DNA of 61,899 nucleotides, filler included. It is 5 parts of 5 records of this genome, joined end to end, with 100 filler letters (N's around TTAATTAATTAA, not from the genome) between each part and the next. Parts side by side here need not be neighbours in the genome. Positions count along the whole stretch, not along the records: positions 1 to 18,147 come from SRR31156797_28851; 4 more parts are not named here. One strand, 5' to 3'. The first letter of the stretch is position 1. The number at the start of each line of letters is the position of its first letter. This document shows, piece by piece, positions 1 through 10,317 of the stretch. The notes under the pieces are model-generated. The model was not told where the DNA came from, did not search any database, and was given only the letters and a program-made list of their open reading frames with translations. The position numbers were made by a program, and so were the translations under genes.

Positions 1-56
1 TCGAACCCCGATAAGCGGAGTCAGAGTCCGCTGTCTTGCCATTAGACCATCTCCCA
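1..56 (-). tRNA. tRNA-Gln(CTG), 3' end truncated by window edge
   Basis: Reverse complement TGGGAGATGGTCTAATGGCAAGACAGCGGACTCTGACTCCGCTTATCGGGGTTCGA: D-loop GG, anticodon stem GCGGA/TCCGC around CT-CTG-AC, T-loop GGTTCGA. Confidence 0.92.
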
Positions 57-130
57 GTGGCAAAAAAAGGTGGCGTGAAAATAGATGAATTTACTACACT
101 TGTCAAGAAAAATAACAGTTTTAAATCTGG

Positions 131-937
131 TTAACTAACAATTAATCCGGCATAGCCGACAACCTGATTTGTATCACCGCTGGCCTCACCTGAATCGGTA
201 TAACGCACTAACTCAACTTTTTTACTTTTAAGGATTCGAGAGGCAAGCAGAGTTACCACTGTCGGAATAACACCGCACATGGAAATCTGATGTGCATGGA
301 CCGTTTCATACAGTCCCTTGGGGTCAAAAGCCAGCATTTTATCGATGGCCATTTGATCCTGAGCAGATGCCTGCTCTCTTGATTTATAATGGGTCATGTC
401 TGTGGAAGCGACAAGCAGCACCGGTGTGGATATCGCGTTCACAGCAGTTGCAATATCTTTCGCCACCACCTCGCAATCCGCGTAGGAAATGTGTGATACA
501 CAAATTGGCACTATTTTTAAATCTTTCTGCAGGAACTGCAAAAACGGCACCTGCACTTCCAAAGAATGTTCACTGTTATGCGCATCCTCATCTTCAGCGA
601 TGATTGTGGATACCTTTACTAGCTGCGTTGCCAATTCCTGATCAATCGGGACAGGCCCCATGGGCATCTGCCAATCTACAGTCCCCAGGGCAACCGCGGC
701 ACCTCGACCATGGTGATTAGGGCCTAGAATGATAACCGTTTCAGGGACCTGTACGCGGCTGATGGTCACACCTGCTGTTGCTCCAGAATAGACATACCCT
801 GCATGGGGCATGATTACAGCAGTTGCTGCAATTTTCTTGTTCTCATCAACCACAGGGGTGAAGCTGGCAATGGTTTGCTCTAGCTGCGCAGGATCTCCAG
901 GATAAAATTGATTTGCAACGACTGGTTGACGAATCAT
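131..937 (-). CDS. amrB: AmmeMemoRadiSam system protein B (MEMO1 family)
   Basis: Motifs R.PVVANQFYP, PHAGYVYSG, GPNH, EHSLEVQVPFLQ, STDMTHY, SMCG, VVGYA. Confidence 0.92.
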   Translation of the reverse strand: MIRQPVVANQFYPGDPAQLEQTIASFTPVVDENKKIAATAVIMPHAGYVYSGATAGVTISRVQVPETVIILGPNHHGRGAAVALGTVDWQMPMGPVPIDQELATQLVKVSTIIAEDEDAHNSEHSLEVQVPFLQFLQKDLKIVPICVSHISYADCEVVAKDIATAVNAISTPVLLVASTDMTHYKSREQASAQDQMAIDKMLAFDPKGLYETVHAHQISMCGVIPTVVTLLASRILKSKKVELVRYTDSGEASGDTNQVVGYAGLIVS

Positions 938-991
938 GCTCCCTCCTCACGGCGTACCATTACAACTGCAAGCTCAATACAACCAAGCGAC

Positions 992-2452
992 TTATTTCAC
1001 ATCCCAGGTTGTTCCCTCTGGACCATCTTTAAGCACGATATTACTTGCCAACAATGTGTCACGAACCTCGTCACTGGTTGCCCAGTCTTTGTCTGCCCTG
1101 GCTTGATTACGTTTTTCTATCAAACCAACAATTTCCGCTTCACTAAGATCAATGGCTGCCAAGAGTTGTTCTTTCTTCTGCTGCATCACTTCAACCGGGT
1201 CAAACTGAAGAATGCCGACCACGCTGCCAAGTTGCTTCAGGGTCACAGCTGTATTGGTAAGCAAAGTAAAATCTTCTGCACTAATTTGAGTACCAACAGA
1301 TCGCAACACCTTGTTTAGCGTCTTAACCGCATCAAACATCAGGCCAACAGCCTGGGCAGTGTTAAAATCATTGTCCATGGCATGCTGAAACCGCTCTTCA
1401 ATCGATTCCAATTTGTCTCTATCCTTCTTCCCAACGACCTGCGCGCCCTGCTCTTGCCCACCTGTTAACTGTTCGACCCTGGCTAAACAATCGTACATTC
1501 TTTCAAGTCCGGCACGTGCATCCTGCAAAGCATGTTCCGAGAAATCCAAAGGATTCCGGTATTGGGTGGAAAAAATGAACAACCGCATTTCTTCAGCGCT
1601 ATACTGCTGCAACACATCACGGATGGTCAAAAAATTGCCAAGTGATTTTGACATCTTTTCATCTTTTATAGTTACAAAACCATGGTGCATCCACAGGTTT
1701 GCAAACTCCGTTCCTGAGGCCCCGCAACTCTGGGCAATCTCATTTTCATGATGGGGGAAAATAAGATCCTTGCCACCACCATGAATATCAAACGTTGCAC
1801 CAAGATATTTTTTACTCATGGCAGAACATTCAATATGCCAACCTGGCCTACCGTCTCCCCATGGGCTTTCCCACTTGGGCTCTCCAGCTTTAGCCGCTTT
1901 CCACAGGACAAAATCCATAGGGTTTTCTTTCTGCTCGTTCACCTCTATGCGTGCACCAGCCTGCATATCCTCTAACGAACGGCCCGACAACCGTCCATAT
2001 CCGTCATAGCGGTCCACCCTATAATACACATCGCCTCCAGAAGGATATGCCATGTCTTTATCGATCAGGGTTTGGATAAGCTCTGTCATTTCACCGATGT
2101 GTTCGGTAGCTTTGGGTTCGATATCTGGACGTATAGTGCCTAGAGCGTCCATATCCGTATAAAACTCATCTATGAATCTCAGCGCGAGAGCAGCAGAATC
2201 AAGATCCTGTTCATTGGCTCGTTTGATGATTTTATCGTCAATATCCGTAAAGTTACGAACGAAAGTCACTTTATAACCACGGTAACGTAAATAACGGACC
2301 ACCATGTCAAATACAAGCGCTGACCGGGCGTGACCAATATGACAGTAATCGTAAGAGGTGATGCCGCACACGTAGAGCTTAACATGATTGTCTTCTATGG
2401 GTTGCAGCAGTTCCTTTTTGCGAGAAAGGGTATTATAGATTCGTAAAGGCAT
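992..2452 (-). CDS. cysS: Cysteine--tRNA ligase
   Basis: HIGH, KMSKS, GRPGWHIEC, DIHGGGKDLIFPHHENE and a C-terminal anticodon-binding domain. Confidence 0.98.
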   Translation of the reverse strand: MPLRIYNTLSRKKELLQPIEDNHVKLYVCGITSYDYCHIGHARSALVFDMVVRYLRYRGYKVTFVRNFTDIDDKIIKRANEQDLDSAALALRFIDEFYTDMDALGTIRPDIEPKATEHIGEMTELIQTLIDKDMAYPSGGDVYYRVDRYDGYGRLSGRSLEDMQAGARIEVNEQKENPMDFVLWKAAKAGEPKWESPWGDGRPGWHIECSAMSKKYLGATFDIHGGGKDLIFPHHENEIAQSCGASGTEFANLWMHHGFVTIKDEKMSKSLGNFLTIRDVLQQYSAEEMRLFIFSTQYRNPLDFSEHALQDARAGLERMYDCLARVEQLTGGQEQGAQVVGKKDRDKLESIEERFQHAMDNDFNTAQAVGLMFDAVKTLNKVLRSVGTQISAEDFTLLTNTAVTLKQLGSVVGILQFDPVEVMQQKKEQLLAAIDLSEAEIVGLIEKRNQARADKDWATSDEVRDTLLASNIVLKDGPEGTTWDVK

Positions 2453-2480
2453 AGGGGAAATGTCGGCTATATTTAGTGTC

Positions 2481-2606
2481 TGTAACTATTCAGCAGTACC
2501 CACGGAGTCTGCGCTTACCTCGATGCACGATCAGGCAGGAAAAGAGAGCGTTACTCTCGTTATCCAGCCTACTTATACGCATGTGGAGCATTACTGAACT
2601 GTTATA
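2481..2606. repeat. MITE/REP-like element with imperfect terminal inverted repeats (copy A, about 125 bp)
   Basis: Left end TGTAACTATTCAGCAGTAC pairs imperfectly with right end GCATTACTGAACTGTTATA; shares an exact 18-mer (2504-2521) in inverted orientation with 3957-3974. Confidence 0.7.
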
Positions 2607-2664
2607 ATATATTTAGTTATGTATAAGACCTGCCGGTAAAAGTGCAATCACCGACATTAGGTTA

Positions 2665-3894
2665 TCATTTGTAATGGTACAGTTTTGCCACCCAATGTAA
2701 CAGAAACAGACCAGGAATGGCAACCACTGTACAGCAAAAGAAAAATCCGGCCCACCCTATTGACTCGGCCATAAAACCTGTGGGGGCGGAGGCAAGTACT
2801 CGCGGGATACCCATCAGGCTCGATAAGAGCGCATACTGGGTGGCAGTAAATTTTTTATTGGTCAGTGATGCCATATAGGCCACATAAGCAGCTGTGCCCA
2901 TACCACCACTCAAATTTTCAAAAGCAATAACCGCTGCCAATCCACTAAGACTGGGACCGATCATGGCAAGGAGAGAAAAACCGGCGGTAGAAATTGCCTG
3001 GAGTATACCAAACATCCAAAGGCTTCTGATAATGCCGGTCCGCAAAATAACAATACCACCAACTAAACCGCCAATAATGGTTGCCCAGAAACCAAATAAT
3101 TTAGCAACAGCGCCTATTTGGGTTTTGGTAAATCCAATATCCAAATAAAAGGGAATGGTCATGGTGGAGGCCATCTGGTCTCCTATTTTATAAAACAGCA
3201 CAAATAACAAAATAAGCAAGGCACCGTTTCTACTAAAGTACTCGACAAAAGGCTGAACCACTGACTCCTGAAAATTGGTTGGCCCAGCTTCCTCCACCCG
3301 TGGTTCTCTCGATAAAAGGGTAGTCATCATGCCAATTCCCAGGCTCGCCGCCATAAACAAATACACCTGGGAAAAAGAAAAGTAATCGGCAAGAATCAAC
3401 CCACCGCTGCCGGCAAGCAGCATACCTACCCTATATCCATTAACATAAAGTGAACTTCCCAATCCCAACTCGTTATCACTGAGATCTTCACGCCGATAAG
3501 CATCGACGACTATATCCTGGGAAGCAGAAAAAAAGGTAACCAAAAGGGCAGCCAGCGCAACCAGCCATGGCGTTTGGCTGGGGCTGGTCATACCGAGAAA
3601 GATCAGGGCACCCATAAGCAGCAGCTGGAACACCAGCAGCCAGCCACGCCTCCTGCCAAGAAACGGTAATGTAAAACGATCCAGGACCGGGGCCCACAGA
3701 AATTTAAGGGTATAGGGCAACCCCACCAGAGAAAAAAGACCGATGACAGAAAGATCTACACCCTCTTCCTTCATCCAGGCCTGGAGTACGGAGAGGGTCA
3801 AAAGCAGCGGCACTCCACAGGAAAACCCCATGAGAAAGGACACCAGCATGCGTGGTGAAAAAATCTGTCTGTGTATGGGGATAGTCATGGCCAT
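2665..3894 (-). CDS. ampG: AmpG family muropeptide MFS transporter
   Basis: GFSCGVP, LPYTLKFLWAP, GRRRGW, SASQDIVVDAYRRE, TATQYALLSS. Start set at ATG 3894 because the upstream GTG lies inside the repeat element. Confidence 0.93.
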   Translation of the reverse strand: MAMTIPIHRQIFSPRMLVSFLMGFSCGVPLLLTLSVLQAWMKEEGVDLSVIGLFSLVGLPYTLKFLWAPVLDRFTLPFLGRRRGWLLVFQLLLMGALIFLGMTSPSQTPWLVALAALLVTFFSASQDIVVDAYRREDLSDNELGLGSSLYVNGYRVGMLLAGSGGLILADYFSFSQVYLFMAASLGIGMMTTLLSREPRVEEAGPTNFQESVVQPFVEYFSRNGALLILLFVLFYKIGDQMASTMTIPFYLDIGFTKTQIGAVAKLFGFWATIIGGLVGGIVILRTGIIRSLWMFGILQAISTAGFSLLAMIGPSLSGLAAVIAFENLSGGMGTAAYVAYMASLTNKKFTATQYALLSSLMGIPRVLASAPTGFMAESIGWAGFFFCCTVVAIPGLFLLHWVAKLYHYK

Positions 3895-3915
3895 TTGATT
3901 GGAAAGAGTGTTTTT

Positions 3916-3998
3916 TGAACTATTCATCAGCACCCCACTGCGCCTGCTTGTACACAGAGGTAAGCGCAGACTCCCTGAAGCACTGCTGAACAGTTACA
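3916..3998. repeat. MITE/REP-like element (copy B, shorter, inverted relative to copy A)
   Basis: Ends GAACTATTCA...CTGAACAGTTACA; about 55 bp resemble the reverse complement of 2479-2537, including the exact GAGGTAAGCGCAGACTCC. Confidence 0.7.
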
Positions 3999-4085
3999 GA
4001 TCAAGAGTAAGCCGAGGATATTTGTTATTCGCCAAAAAATAACATCTTTTTTTCTCAATAGAGATATGAGGTCCGAGAATAATTC

Positions 4086-4868
4086 TCACGCCTCTTTACC
4101 GGCAACAATAAACAGGTGTAATTCCCTTGGACCATGTGCGCCATGGACCATAATTAATTCGATATCACCTGTTTTACTTGGGCCGGAAACCAAAGAAAGG
4201 CAATTGGTCAACCCTAGAGCCTGCTCTTGTGGGTCCCACTTTAAAAGCGTATACAGCTCCTTCAGGTTAGCCAGTAGTTTTTCTTCTTCAATCACCACAA
4301 TATGAATGGCAGGCACCAAAGATACCGATCGAGCATGGCCGGGCCTGCTTCGCATGGCGAGGGTTGCAGTGGCAGCAACAAGGTAATCAGCAGAGGTTAT
4401 CCCGATAAAGGAAGCTTCAACTTTTTCCCTCACCGTTGGCTGTTGCTCAAGGGATGCATCCTTTGCAGCTTGCTCACTTGTTTCTGACTCAGTTATATGG
4501 ATGCTTACCCCATCAAGCTCAGGATCAGATTCCAGGTTTAACCGGCTCAAGAGAGGGTGGTCCCAACGAACGACACTTTTCTCTGTTCCCCATTCTGGAT
4601 CTTTTTCAAGTATAAGCCGACCAATGGCACCTGCAATATCCTCAAGATTTTCCTCAGCATGAAAGTCGATGTGCAAAGGACCTGCTACCTGTTCAATAAC
4701 GGCCCGCAGTTTTTTCTTCTCTGCACCTGACCTTGCCTTTATTCGTTCAAGTACTGCTTCCTGGTCCGGCGAGGCTGCTGTGGTAAAAAGAGCAGAATCA
4801 GCTGGATTTGCCGCCCCTCTTCCCAATGCCTTACCAATGGTTTGGATAAATTCGGTTCGCCTTGGCAT
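4086..4868 (-). CDS. lutC: Lactate utilization protein C (LUD/YkgG domain)
   Basis: GITSADYLVAATAT, RSVSLVP, SGPSKTGDIE..MVHGAHGP; ATG at 4868 overlaps the lutB stop. Confidence 0.88.
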   Translation of the reverse strand: MPRRTEFIQTIGKALGRGAANPADSALFTTAASPDQEAVLERIKARSGAEKKKLRAVIEQVAGPLHIDFHAEENLEDIAGAIGRLILEKDPEWGTEKSVVRWDHPLLSRLNLESDPELDGVSIHITESETSEQAAKDASLEQQPTVREKVEASFIGITSADYLVAATATLAMRSRPGHARSVSLVPAIHIVVIEEEKLLANLKELYTLLKWDPQEQALGLTNCLSLVSGPSKTGDIELIMVHGAHGPRELHLFIVAGKEA

Positions 4869-6307
4869 CACGGTTTTCCCCCTTCTCTTTCTTTCCATCT
4901 CTGCATAAAGGTCTTGGACGCCAAAGGCTTTAAATTTCGATTATTGGTCCAGCCATTAAACGGAAAAGGAAGACGACGGATCATGCCATCTTGTCCAGGC
5001 AAAACCTTCTGCAACACATAACCAATTTTCAAAAAGCCGTCATACACTTTGCGCCGCTGAATAATTTTCTGCCAGCCTTCAAACATGAGCTTTTCCAGCT
5101 TCCCTTTAGGCTGAACATCCCATTTGGCATCTCCCTCAGAGAGCTTTGACCGCAATGCCAACAACATCCTTGGCAGATTAATCTCAAGTGGACATGCCTG
5201 GCGACACGCGCCGCACAAGGTTTCACCTGTGCAAAGGTCAGCAGCATTGTTCACCCCAAAAAGAAGCGGAGTCACCACTGCACCGACAGGGCCTGTATAA
5301 GCTGATCCATACGCATGCCCACCAATTTTTCCGTATACAGGGCAAACATTTAAACAGGCTCCACAGCGGATACAACAAAGCATTTCTCGAAATTCTTCAT
5401 CTGCAAGAATTTTTGATCGCCCATTGTCCACAATAATAAGATGGAAAGCCTCGGGACCATCGCAATGATCAGCAGCTGCAGGGCCACCTATATAACTGAC
5501 ATAACCGCCGATCTGCTGCCCGGCTGCCCCCATTGACATCAACCTGAGGATAGACTGCTGCTCTTCAAGGTTGGCAACAAGCCGCTCCATCCCCATGAAG
5601 GCCACATGCACTTTCGGCAAGGTAGTGGACATCCGGATGTTTCCCTCGTTAGAAACCGTTGTAATATGTCCGGTTTCTGCACAGGCTAAATTGCATCCAG
5701 AAATGCCCATATCAGCCGTAAGGAATTTCTGGCGCAGCGCCTTACGTGCATCATAGGTTAAAGTGGGCGGATCTTCAGTATAGGGTGTACCAAGTTTTTC
5801 GGAAAAGAGTCTGCCAACTTGCTGCCTGGTCTTATGAATGGCAGGAGCAACAATATGGGTTGGCTTTTCGCCTGCAAGCTGGATGATGAATTCACCAAGA
5901 TCGGTTTCGGCAACATCAATGCCCGCCTCTTCAAGGGCATGATTGAGGCCGATTTCTTCGGTGACCATGGATTTCCCCTTAACCACCTTTTTCACATCTT
6001 GGCTACGGGCTATGGCTAGGCAGATGTCTACAGCGTCCTTATCAGTTGCTGCAAAATGCACCTGGCCGCCGTTTTTATGGATATTATCAGCCAGGGTTTC
6101 CAGAAGGATATCTAAATTATCGATTGCCTTGCGCCGGTACCCATGCGCTGTCTTTCTCAGTTCCTGTCCTTCCGGGAGGTTCTGGTAAAGGGTCTGGGTC
6201 GCTGGCCCGAGCCGGGACTGGAGACTTTCCAGTGCAGACTGCAGCACTGGGTCAGCAATGGAGCCGCTTGCTACTTTTTTATACTCTGCTGAGGTAATTT
6301 CACTCAT
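4868..6307 (-). CDS. lutB: L-lactate oxidation iron-sulfur protein LutB/LldF
   Basis: KGKSMVTEEI, ETDLGEFIIQL, NEGN, CIRCGACLNVCP and CGACRQACP ferredoxin motifs; likely start MSEITS at 6307. Confidence 0.93.
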   Translation of the reverse strand: MSEITSAEYKKVASGSIADPVLQSALESLQSRLGPATQTLYQNLPEGQELRKTAHGYRRKAIDNLDILLETLADNIHKNGGQVHFAATDKDAVDICLAIARSQDVKKVVKGKSMVTEEIGLNHALEEAGIDVAETDLGEFIIQLAGEKPTHIVAPAIHKTRQQVGRLFSEKLGTPYTEDPPTLTYDARKALRQKFLTADMGISGCNLACAETGHITTVSNEGNIRMSTTLPKVHVAFMGMERLVANLEEQQSILRLMSMGAAGQQIGGYVSYIGGPAAADHCDGPEAFHLIIVDNGRSKILADEEFREMLCCIRCGACLNVCPVYGKIGGHAYGSAYTGPVGAVVTPLLFGVNNAADLCTGETLCGACRQACPLEINLPRMLLALRSKLSEGDAKWDVQPKGKLEKLMFEGWQKIIQRRKVYDGFLKIGYVLQKVLPGQDGMIRRLPFPFNGWTNNRNLKPLASKTFMQRWKEREGGKP

Positions 6308-7040
6308 AACTCTTCCCTGCAAGAAGTTGGGCAATATGCATCACCTTTACCGGTGATTTCTTTCTACTCAACATCCCCTCAATATTCATAAGGCAACCCA
6401 TATCACAGCCAGCAACGACATCAGCTCCTGAGGCGATAATATTATTGACCTTGTCTTCTACTAGCGCTTCCGAAATCTCAGAATATTTGACCGCGAAGGT
6501 ACCGCCGAACCCACAACACTTATCCGCATCCTTCATCTCAACCAGTGTCATATCATTTATATTGGCAAGCAATGATCGCGGCTGTCTGTCTATATCCAAA
6601 AACCGGTTAAGATGACAAGACGCATGATAAGTGACCTTGCCATTAAATCGTGCGCCGACATCTTCAACACCCAGCACATCCACTATATACTCGGTAAACT
6701 CAAAGGTCCGCTCACCGACAGCCTTAACACGAGCAAGCATTGCTGGCTCATCTCTAAACAGGTCCTGATAATGATTCCTTACCATATTCACGCATGATCC
6801 GGATGGTGAAACAATCGTTTGCGCATTCTCAAACAGGGTTAAAAATTTTTCTGCGGCAGCACGCGCAACCTTCTGATGCCCTGAATTAAAAGCCGGTTGC
6901 CCGCAACAGGTTTGATCGGTGGGACACTCAACATCAAGGCCAAGCCCTTCAAGCACATCAACCATGGATTCAGCAACTTCCGGATACATAGTATCCACAA
7001 TACACTGCACAAAAAGGGTGACGTTATCTTTTTTCTGCAT
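6300..7040 (-). CDS. lutA: Lactate utilization protein A (two CCG domains)
   Basis: QTCCGQPAFNSG, SGSC, YHASCH, CCGFGGTF, DMGCLMNI. Confidence 0.93.
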   Translation of the reverse strand: MQKKDNVTLFVQCIVDTMYPEVAESMVDVLEGLGLDVECPTDQTCCGQPAFNSGHQKVARAAAEKFLTLFENAQTIVSPSGSCVNMVRNHYQDLFRDEPAMLARVKAVGERTFEFTEYIVDVLGVEDVGARFNGKVTYHASCHLNRFLDIDRQPRSLLANINDMTLVEMKDADKCCGFGGTFAVKYSEISEALVEDKVNNIIASGADVVAGCDMGCLMNIEGMLSRKKSPVKVMHIAQLLAGKSYE

Positions 7041-7052
7041 TGCCGGCCTCGC

Positions 7053-8372
7053 TTAATTTATAAGATGGGATGGTAACCATGTAATCAACTTAGGGAAAAC
7101 AATTAAAAGAATGATAGCAAACACCTGAAGCCCGACAAAAGGCATTACCCCGCGATAGATATCGATGGTCTCGACCTCTGGAGGTGCGATACCCTTTAAA
7201 TAAAAAATGGAATAAGCAAAAGGCGGGGTCAAAAATGAAATCTGCAAATTCACCATCACCAACACTGCAAACCATACCGGATCAAACCCAAGCCCTGCAG
7301 CGATAGGGGTTATCAAGGGCACGATGATAAAAAGAATACCCATCCAATCGATGAACATGCCGCAGAAAACCAAAAGAAGCATGATAGTAAAAAGAATACC
7401 CCATTTTCCCATGGGCAGGTTCATGAACATATTGGTAATGACCTCATCTCCCCCCAGTGCAACAAAAACCGTGGAAAAGAAAGTTGCCCCAATGGCAATC
7501 ATCATGATCATTGCCGTAATACTCAGGGTCTGCTGGCAGGCATCTTTCACCACAGCAAAATTGAGCCGGCCATAGGAAGCCGCCAAAACCATACTGGCCA
7601 GAGCACCCACAGCAGCTGCCTCTGTAACCGCTGCAATTCCGAAAAAAATGCTGCCGAGTACAGAAAAGATGATCAAGGCTGGTGGAATGACTGAAGTAAC
7701 CAGAATCAGGAGTTTCTCCTTAACCGATGATTGTCGTTCTTCAATTGGCATTGGCGGCCCATCTTGAGGCCTCAGGTAGCAGCGGATACCAATGTACAAC
7801 ATATAGAGAAGCGTCAGTAATAACCCGGGGATAAGACAACCAAGAAAAAGCTTGCCCACTGAAATACGGGCTATGGGACCATAAACGATAATCATTACAC
7901 TGGGCGGTATGAGGATACCCAGGGTACCACCAGCACAGATGGCTCCGCACGCCATAGATTTATTGTATTTTTTGGCGAGCATGACAGGTAGTGCCATCAG
8001 GCCGATGGTAATCTCGGAGGCACCGACAACGCCGGTTGCGGCAGCAAAAATAGCAGAAATGGCTATGGTAGAGATCCCTAGCCCGCCTCTGAAGCGTCCC
8101 CACAGGATGTGCATCGCATTAAAGAGCCGCTCAGCCATCCCTGATTTTTCCATGAATACCCCCATAAATAAAAACAGAGGCACTGCTAGCAGGGTATAAT
8201 TTTTCATAAGGCCGAACAGCCGGGCAATAAATAGCCCGTAAATGTCGGCTCCCATGAAGTTTGCCCCAAAAAGAAAAGCAACCCCGCCCAGGACAAAGGC
8301 TGTAGGAAAACCAAGAAAGATCCCGGTAAACAGGGCCGCAAACATCAACGCAACAGTGATTTCAGGACTCAT
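7053..8372 (-). CDS. dctM: TRAP transporter large permease
   Basis: LAVPLFLFMG, GGTLGILIPPS, LTPPF; polytopic membrane protein. Confidence 0.95.
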   Translation of the reverse strand: MSPEITVALMFAALFTGIFLGFPTAFVLGGVAFLFGANFMGADIYGLFIARLFGLMKNYTLLAVPLFLFMGVFMEKSGMAERLFNAMHILWGRFRGGLGISTIAISAIFAAATGVVGASEITIGLMALPVMLAKKYNKSMACGAICAGGTLGILIPPSVMIIVYGPIARISVGKLFLGCLIPGLLLTLLYMLYIGIRCYLRPQDGPPMPIEERQSSVKEKLLILVTSVIPPALIIFSVLGSIFFGIAAVTEAAAVGALASMVLAASYGRLNFAVVKDACQQTLSITAMIMMIAIGATFFSTVFVALGGDEVITNMFMNLPMGKWGILFTIMLLLVFCGMFIDWMGILFIIVPLITPIAAGLGFDPVWFAVLVMVNLQISFLTPPFAYSIFYLKGIAPPEVETIDIYRGVMPFVGLQVFAIILLIVFPKLITWLPSHLIN

Positions 8373-8887
8373 CGTATCTCACCCCCGTTGCATACAGTTA
8401 CTATGTTGCGTAAAAACTCAGCAATACCTTGCAGCAAAAGCAAACCGACTCCAATGGGCATCATTGTTTTAAAAGGATAAAGAATCGGCTGCCAGTAGCC
8501 TTGCATTGATTTTTCCCCAATCTCCCAGGAAAAAGCCACATACGGGATCAAAGCGTAGAGAATTCCGCCCCACAAGGGAAAGAAAAAGACAAGATAGAAC
8601 GCCGCATCAATCAACGCTTTTGTCCTACGAGAAAACCGATTGTACAAAATATCTATCCGTACATGGTGTTTCCTTTTAAGGGTCCAAGCCTCCCCAAGGA
8701 GGAAAAAAGTGCCGCCGATCATGTAGCTGAGATCAAAAGCCCACTTTGTCGGTTGATTTAGAACGTAACGGGAAAAAATTTCATAACCAATAACAACGGT
8801 CAGTACCATGACCAACCAGATGATGATTTTGGCCGAAGTCTCGCTGATGGCGTCAATAGCCTTCACAATACCACGTATTATTTTCAT
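8369..8887 (-). CDS. dctQ: TRAP transporter small permease
   Basis: 4 TM segments, HVRIDI motif, lies between dctP and dctM. Confidence 0.93.
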   Translation of the reverse strand: MKIIRGIVKAIDAISETSAKIIIWLVMVLTVVIGYEIFSRYVLNQPTKWAFDLSYMIGGTFFLLGEAWTLKRKHHVRIDILYNRFSRRTKALIDAAFYLVFFFPLWGGILYALIPYVAFSWEIGEKSMQGYWQPILYPFKTMMPIGVGLLLLQGIAEFLRNIVTVCNGGEIR

Positions 8888-8912
8888 CTCGGAAAAACCT
8901 GTGCAGAAACAA

Positions 8913-8952
8913 ATAAAGGAGCCGCCAGGTATATCCCCGGCGACTCCTTTAT
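8913..8952 (-). terminator. Stem-loop between dctP and dctQ (attenuating or mRNA-stabilising)
   Basis: ATAAAGGAGCCGCC ... GGCGACTCCTTTAT inverted repeat. Confidence 0.65.
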
Positions 8953-8970
8953 CAATGAAGCTGTTTGTTT

Positions 8971-10026
8971 TTAGTTATAGGAAGGAGTCATCAGCGCTTT
9001 GTACTGGTCATATCCAGCGCGGAATTTCTTCTGGGATTCGTACACCTTTTTGAAAAAAGGATCTTTTTCACCTTTTTTCTCCATCAGTGCAGCTGCTTTA
9101 ACTGCCAACTCCTTCTGAATTGCAGGATCTAGATACTGGATCTTCACACCTTTTTCTTTAAAAAAGTCCAGGGCAGGAATATCTCTGACAATACAGAGGG
9201 TCAGCATTTTCAGGGTTGCGGCCTTGGATGCGGTACGAACAATCGCCTGAAGATCTTCTGGAAGTTTTTCCCAAGAACGTTTGTTTACCTTCAGGTCAAG
9301 GATGGTACTTGTCTGGTGAATACCTGGTACCAGGAGGTAGTCTGCGATCTCAAAAAAAGCCAGATGCTTATCGATATTTGGAATACTGAATTCTCCTGCA
9401 TCTAAAACCTTCCGCTGCAACGCTTCATAGACTTCGCCTGCAGGAAGCATCATCACCGAGGCACCGGCTTCACTTAAAATTTCTCCCCAGTACCCGGAAG
9501 TACGGAACTTTAGCCCCTTGAAATCTTCCATTTTGGTAATGGGTTTATTAGACCAGGCAAGATTTTCACTTGGGAGAATACCGCACGGCGCGACATACCC
9601 TAGATCAAATTTTTTATATAACTCATCAAGGAGTTCATTTCCTTCGCCCTCATAAAGCCAGGTAAGATAGGGAATAGGTTCCATTCCAAAGGGGATATAA
9701 CCAAACAAAGGGGCTGCCGGCAGTTGACCTACAGAATAGCTTGGCGAACTGTGAGCAGCATCAATTACCCCCATACGTACAGAGTCAGTTACCTCCAGCG
9801 CACCCATGAGCACCCCTGCAGGATAGGTCTTTATGGTCAAGCGCCCGTTACTCATCTTAGTAACCTGAGCAGCAAAATCTTCAGCTAATTCCTGAAGAAT
9901 TGTACCATCAGGCCATGAGGTGGCCATTTTCCAAGTAAATTTATCAGCTCCTAACACGTTTGTGGTCGCGACAGTCGAGACGATAAACAAAGCCGCTACA
10001 GTCAGAATTACTTTTTTGAATTGCAT
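8971..10026 (-). CDS. dctP: TRAP substrate-binding protein, probably lactate or 2-oxo-acid binding
   Basis: Signal peptide, WKMATSW, KGLKFRT, GEVYEALQR..LDAGEF; co-oriented with lutABC. Confidence 0.9.
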   Translation of the reverse strand: MQFKKVILTVAALFIVSTVATTNVLGADKFTWKMATSWPDGTILQELAEDFAAQVTKMSNGRLTIKTYPAGVLMGALEVTDSVRMGVIDAAHSSPSYSVGQLPAAPLFGYIPFGMEPIPYLTWLYEGEGNELLDELYKKFDLGYVAPCGILPSENLAWSNKPITKMEDFKGLKFRTSGYWGEILSEAGASVMMLPAGEVYEALQRKVLDAGEFSIPNIDKHLAFFEIADYLLVPGIHQTSTILDLKVNKRSWEKLPEDLQAIVRTASKAATLKMLTLCIVRDIPALDFFKEKGVKIQYLDPAIQKELAVKAAALMEKKGEKDPFFKKVYESQKKFRAGYDQYKALMTPSYN

Positions 10027-10131
10027 CGAGATCCCCTTGCAGATTGATGTTAATCAAATACCTTTTGTATCTAAAATAGGGAGTTAAATACACGCCGAAA
10101 ATATGAATTGTCAATGATTTTATGCGACGGG

Positions 10132-10149
10132 ACTGAATAACAATTCAGT
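10132..10149. promoter_or_regulatory. Palindromic candidate operator upstream of the TRAP-lutABC operon
   Basis: ACTGAAT-AACA-ATTCAGT, perfect 7-bp arms. Confidence 0.4.
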
Positions 10150-10317
10150 ATTGGAGTCATGGGATACAGGTGAGTAACAGGTAGGATTCATTGCGCGAAA
10201 ACACATTGACCGCATTCCACCGGGCGACTATTTCGGTTCAACAAACATTGAAAACAGAGTAAAAGGTTACCTGTGAGCCACATTCTTTGAAAAAAATTGC
10301 CCATAATACCTTGTCAA

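Noticed and set aside
2455-2660. T-box riboswitch upstream of cysS
   Set aside because: No T-box consensus or antiterminator found; the structure is explained by the inverted-repeat element.
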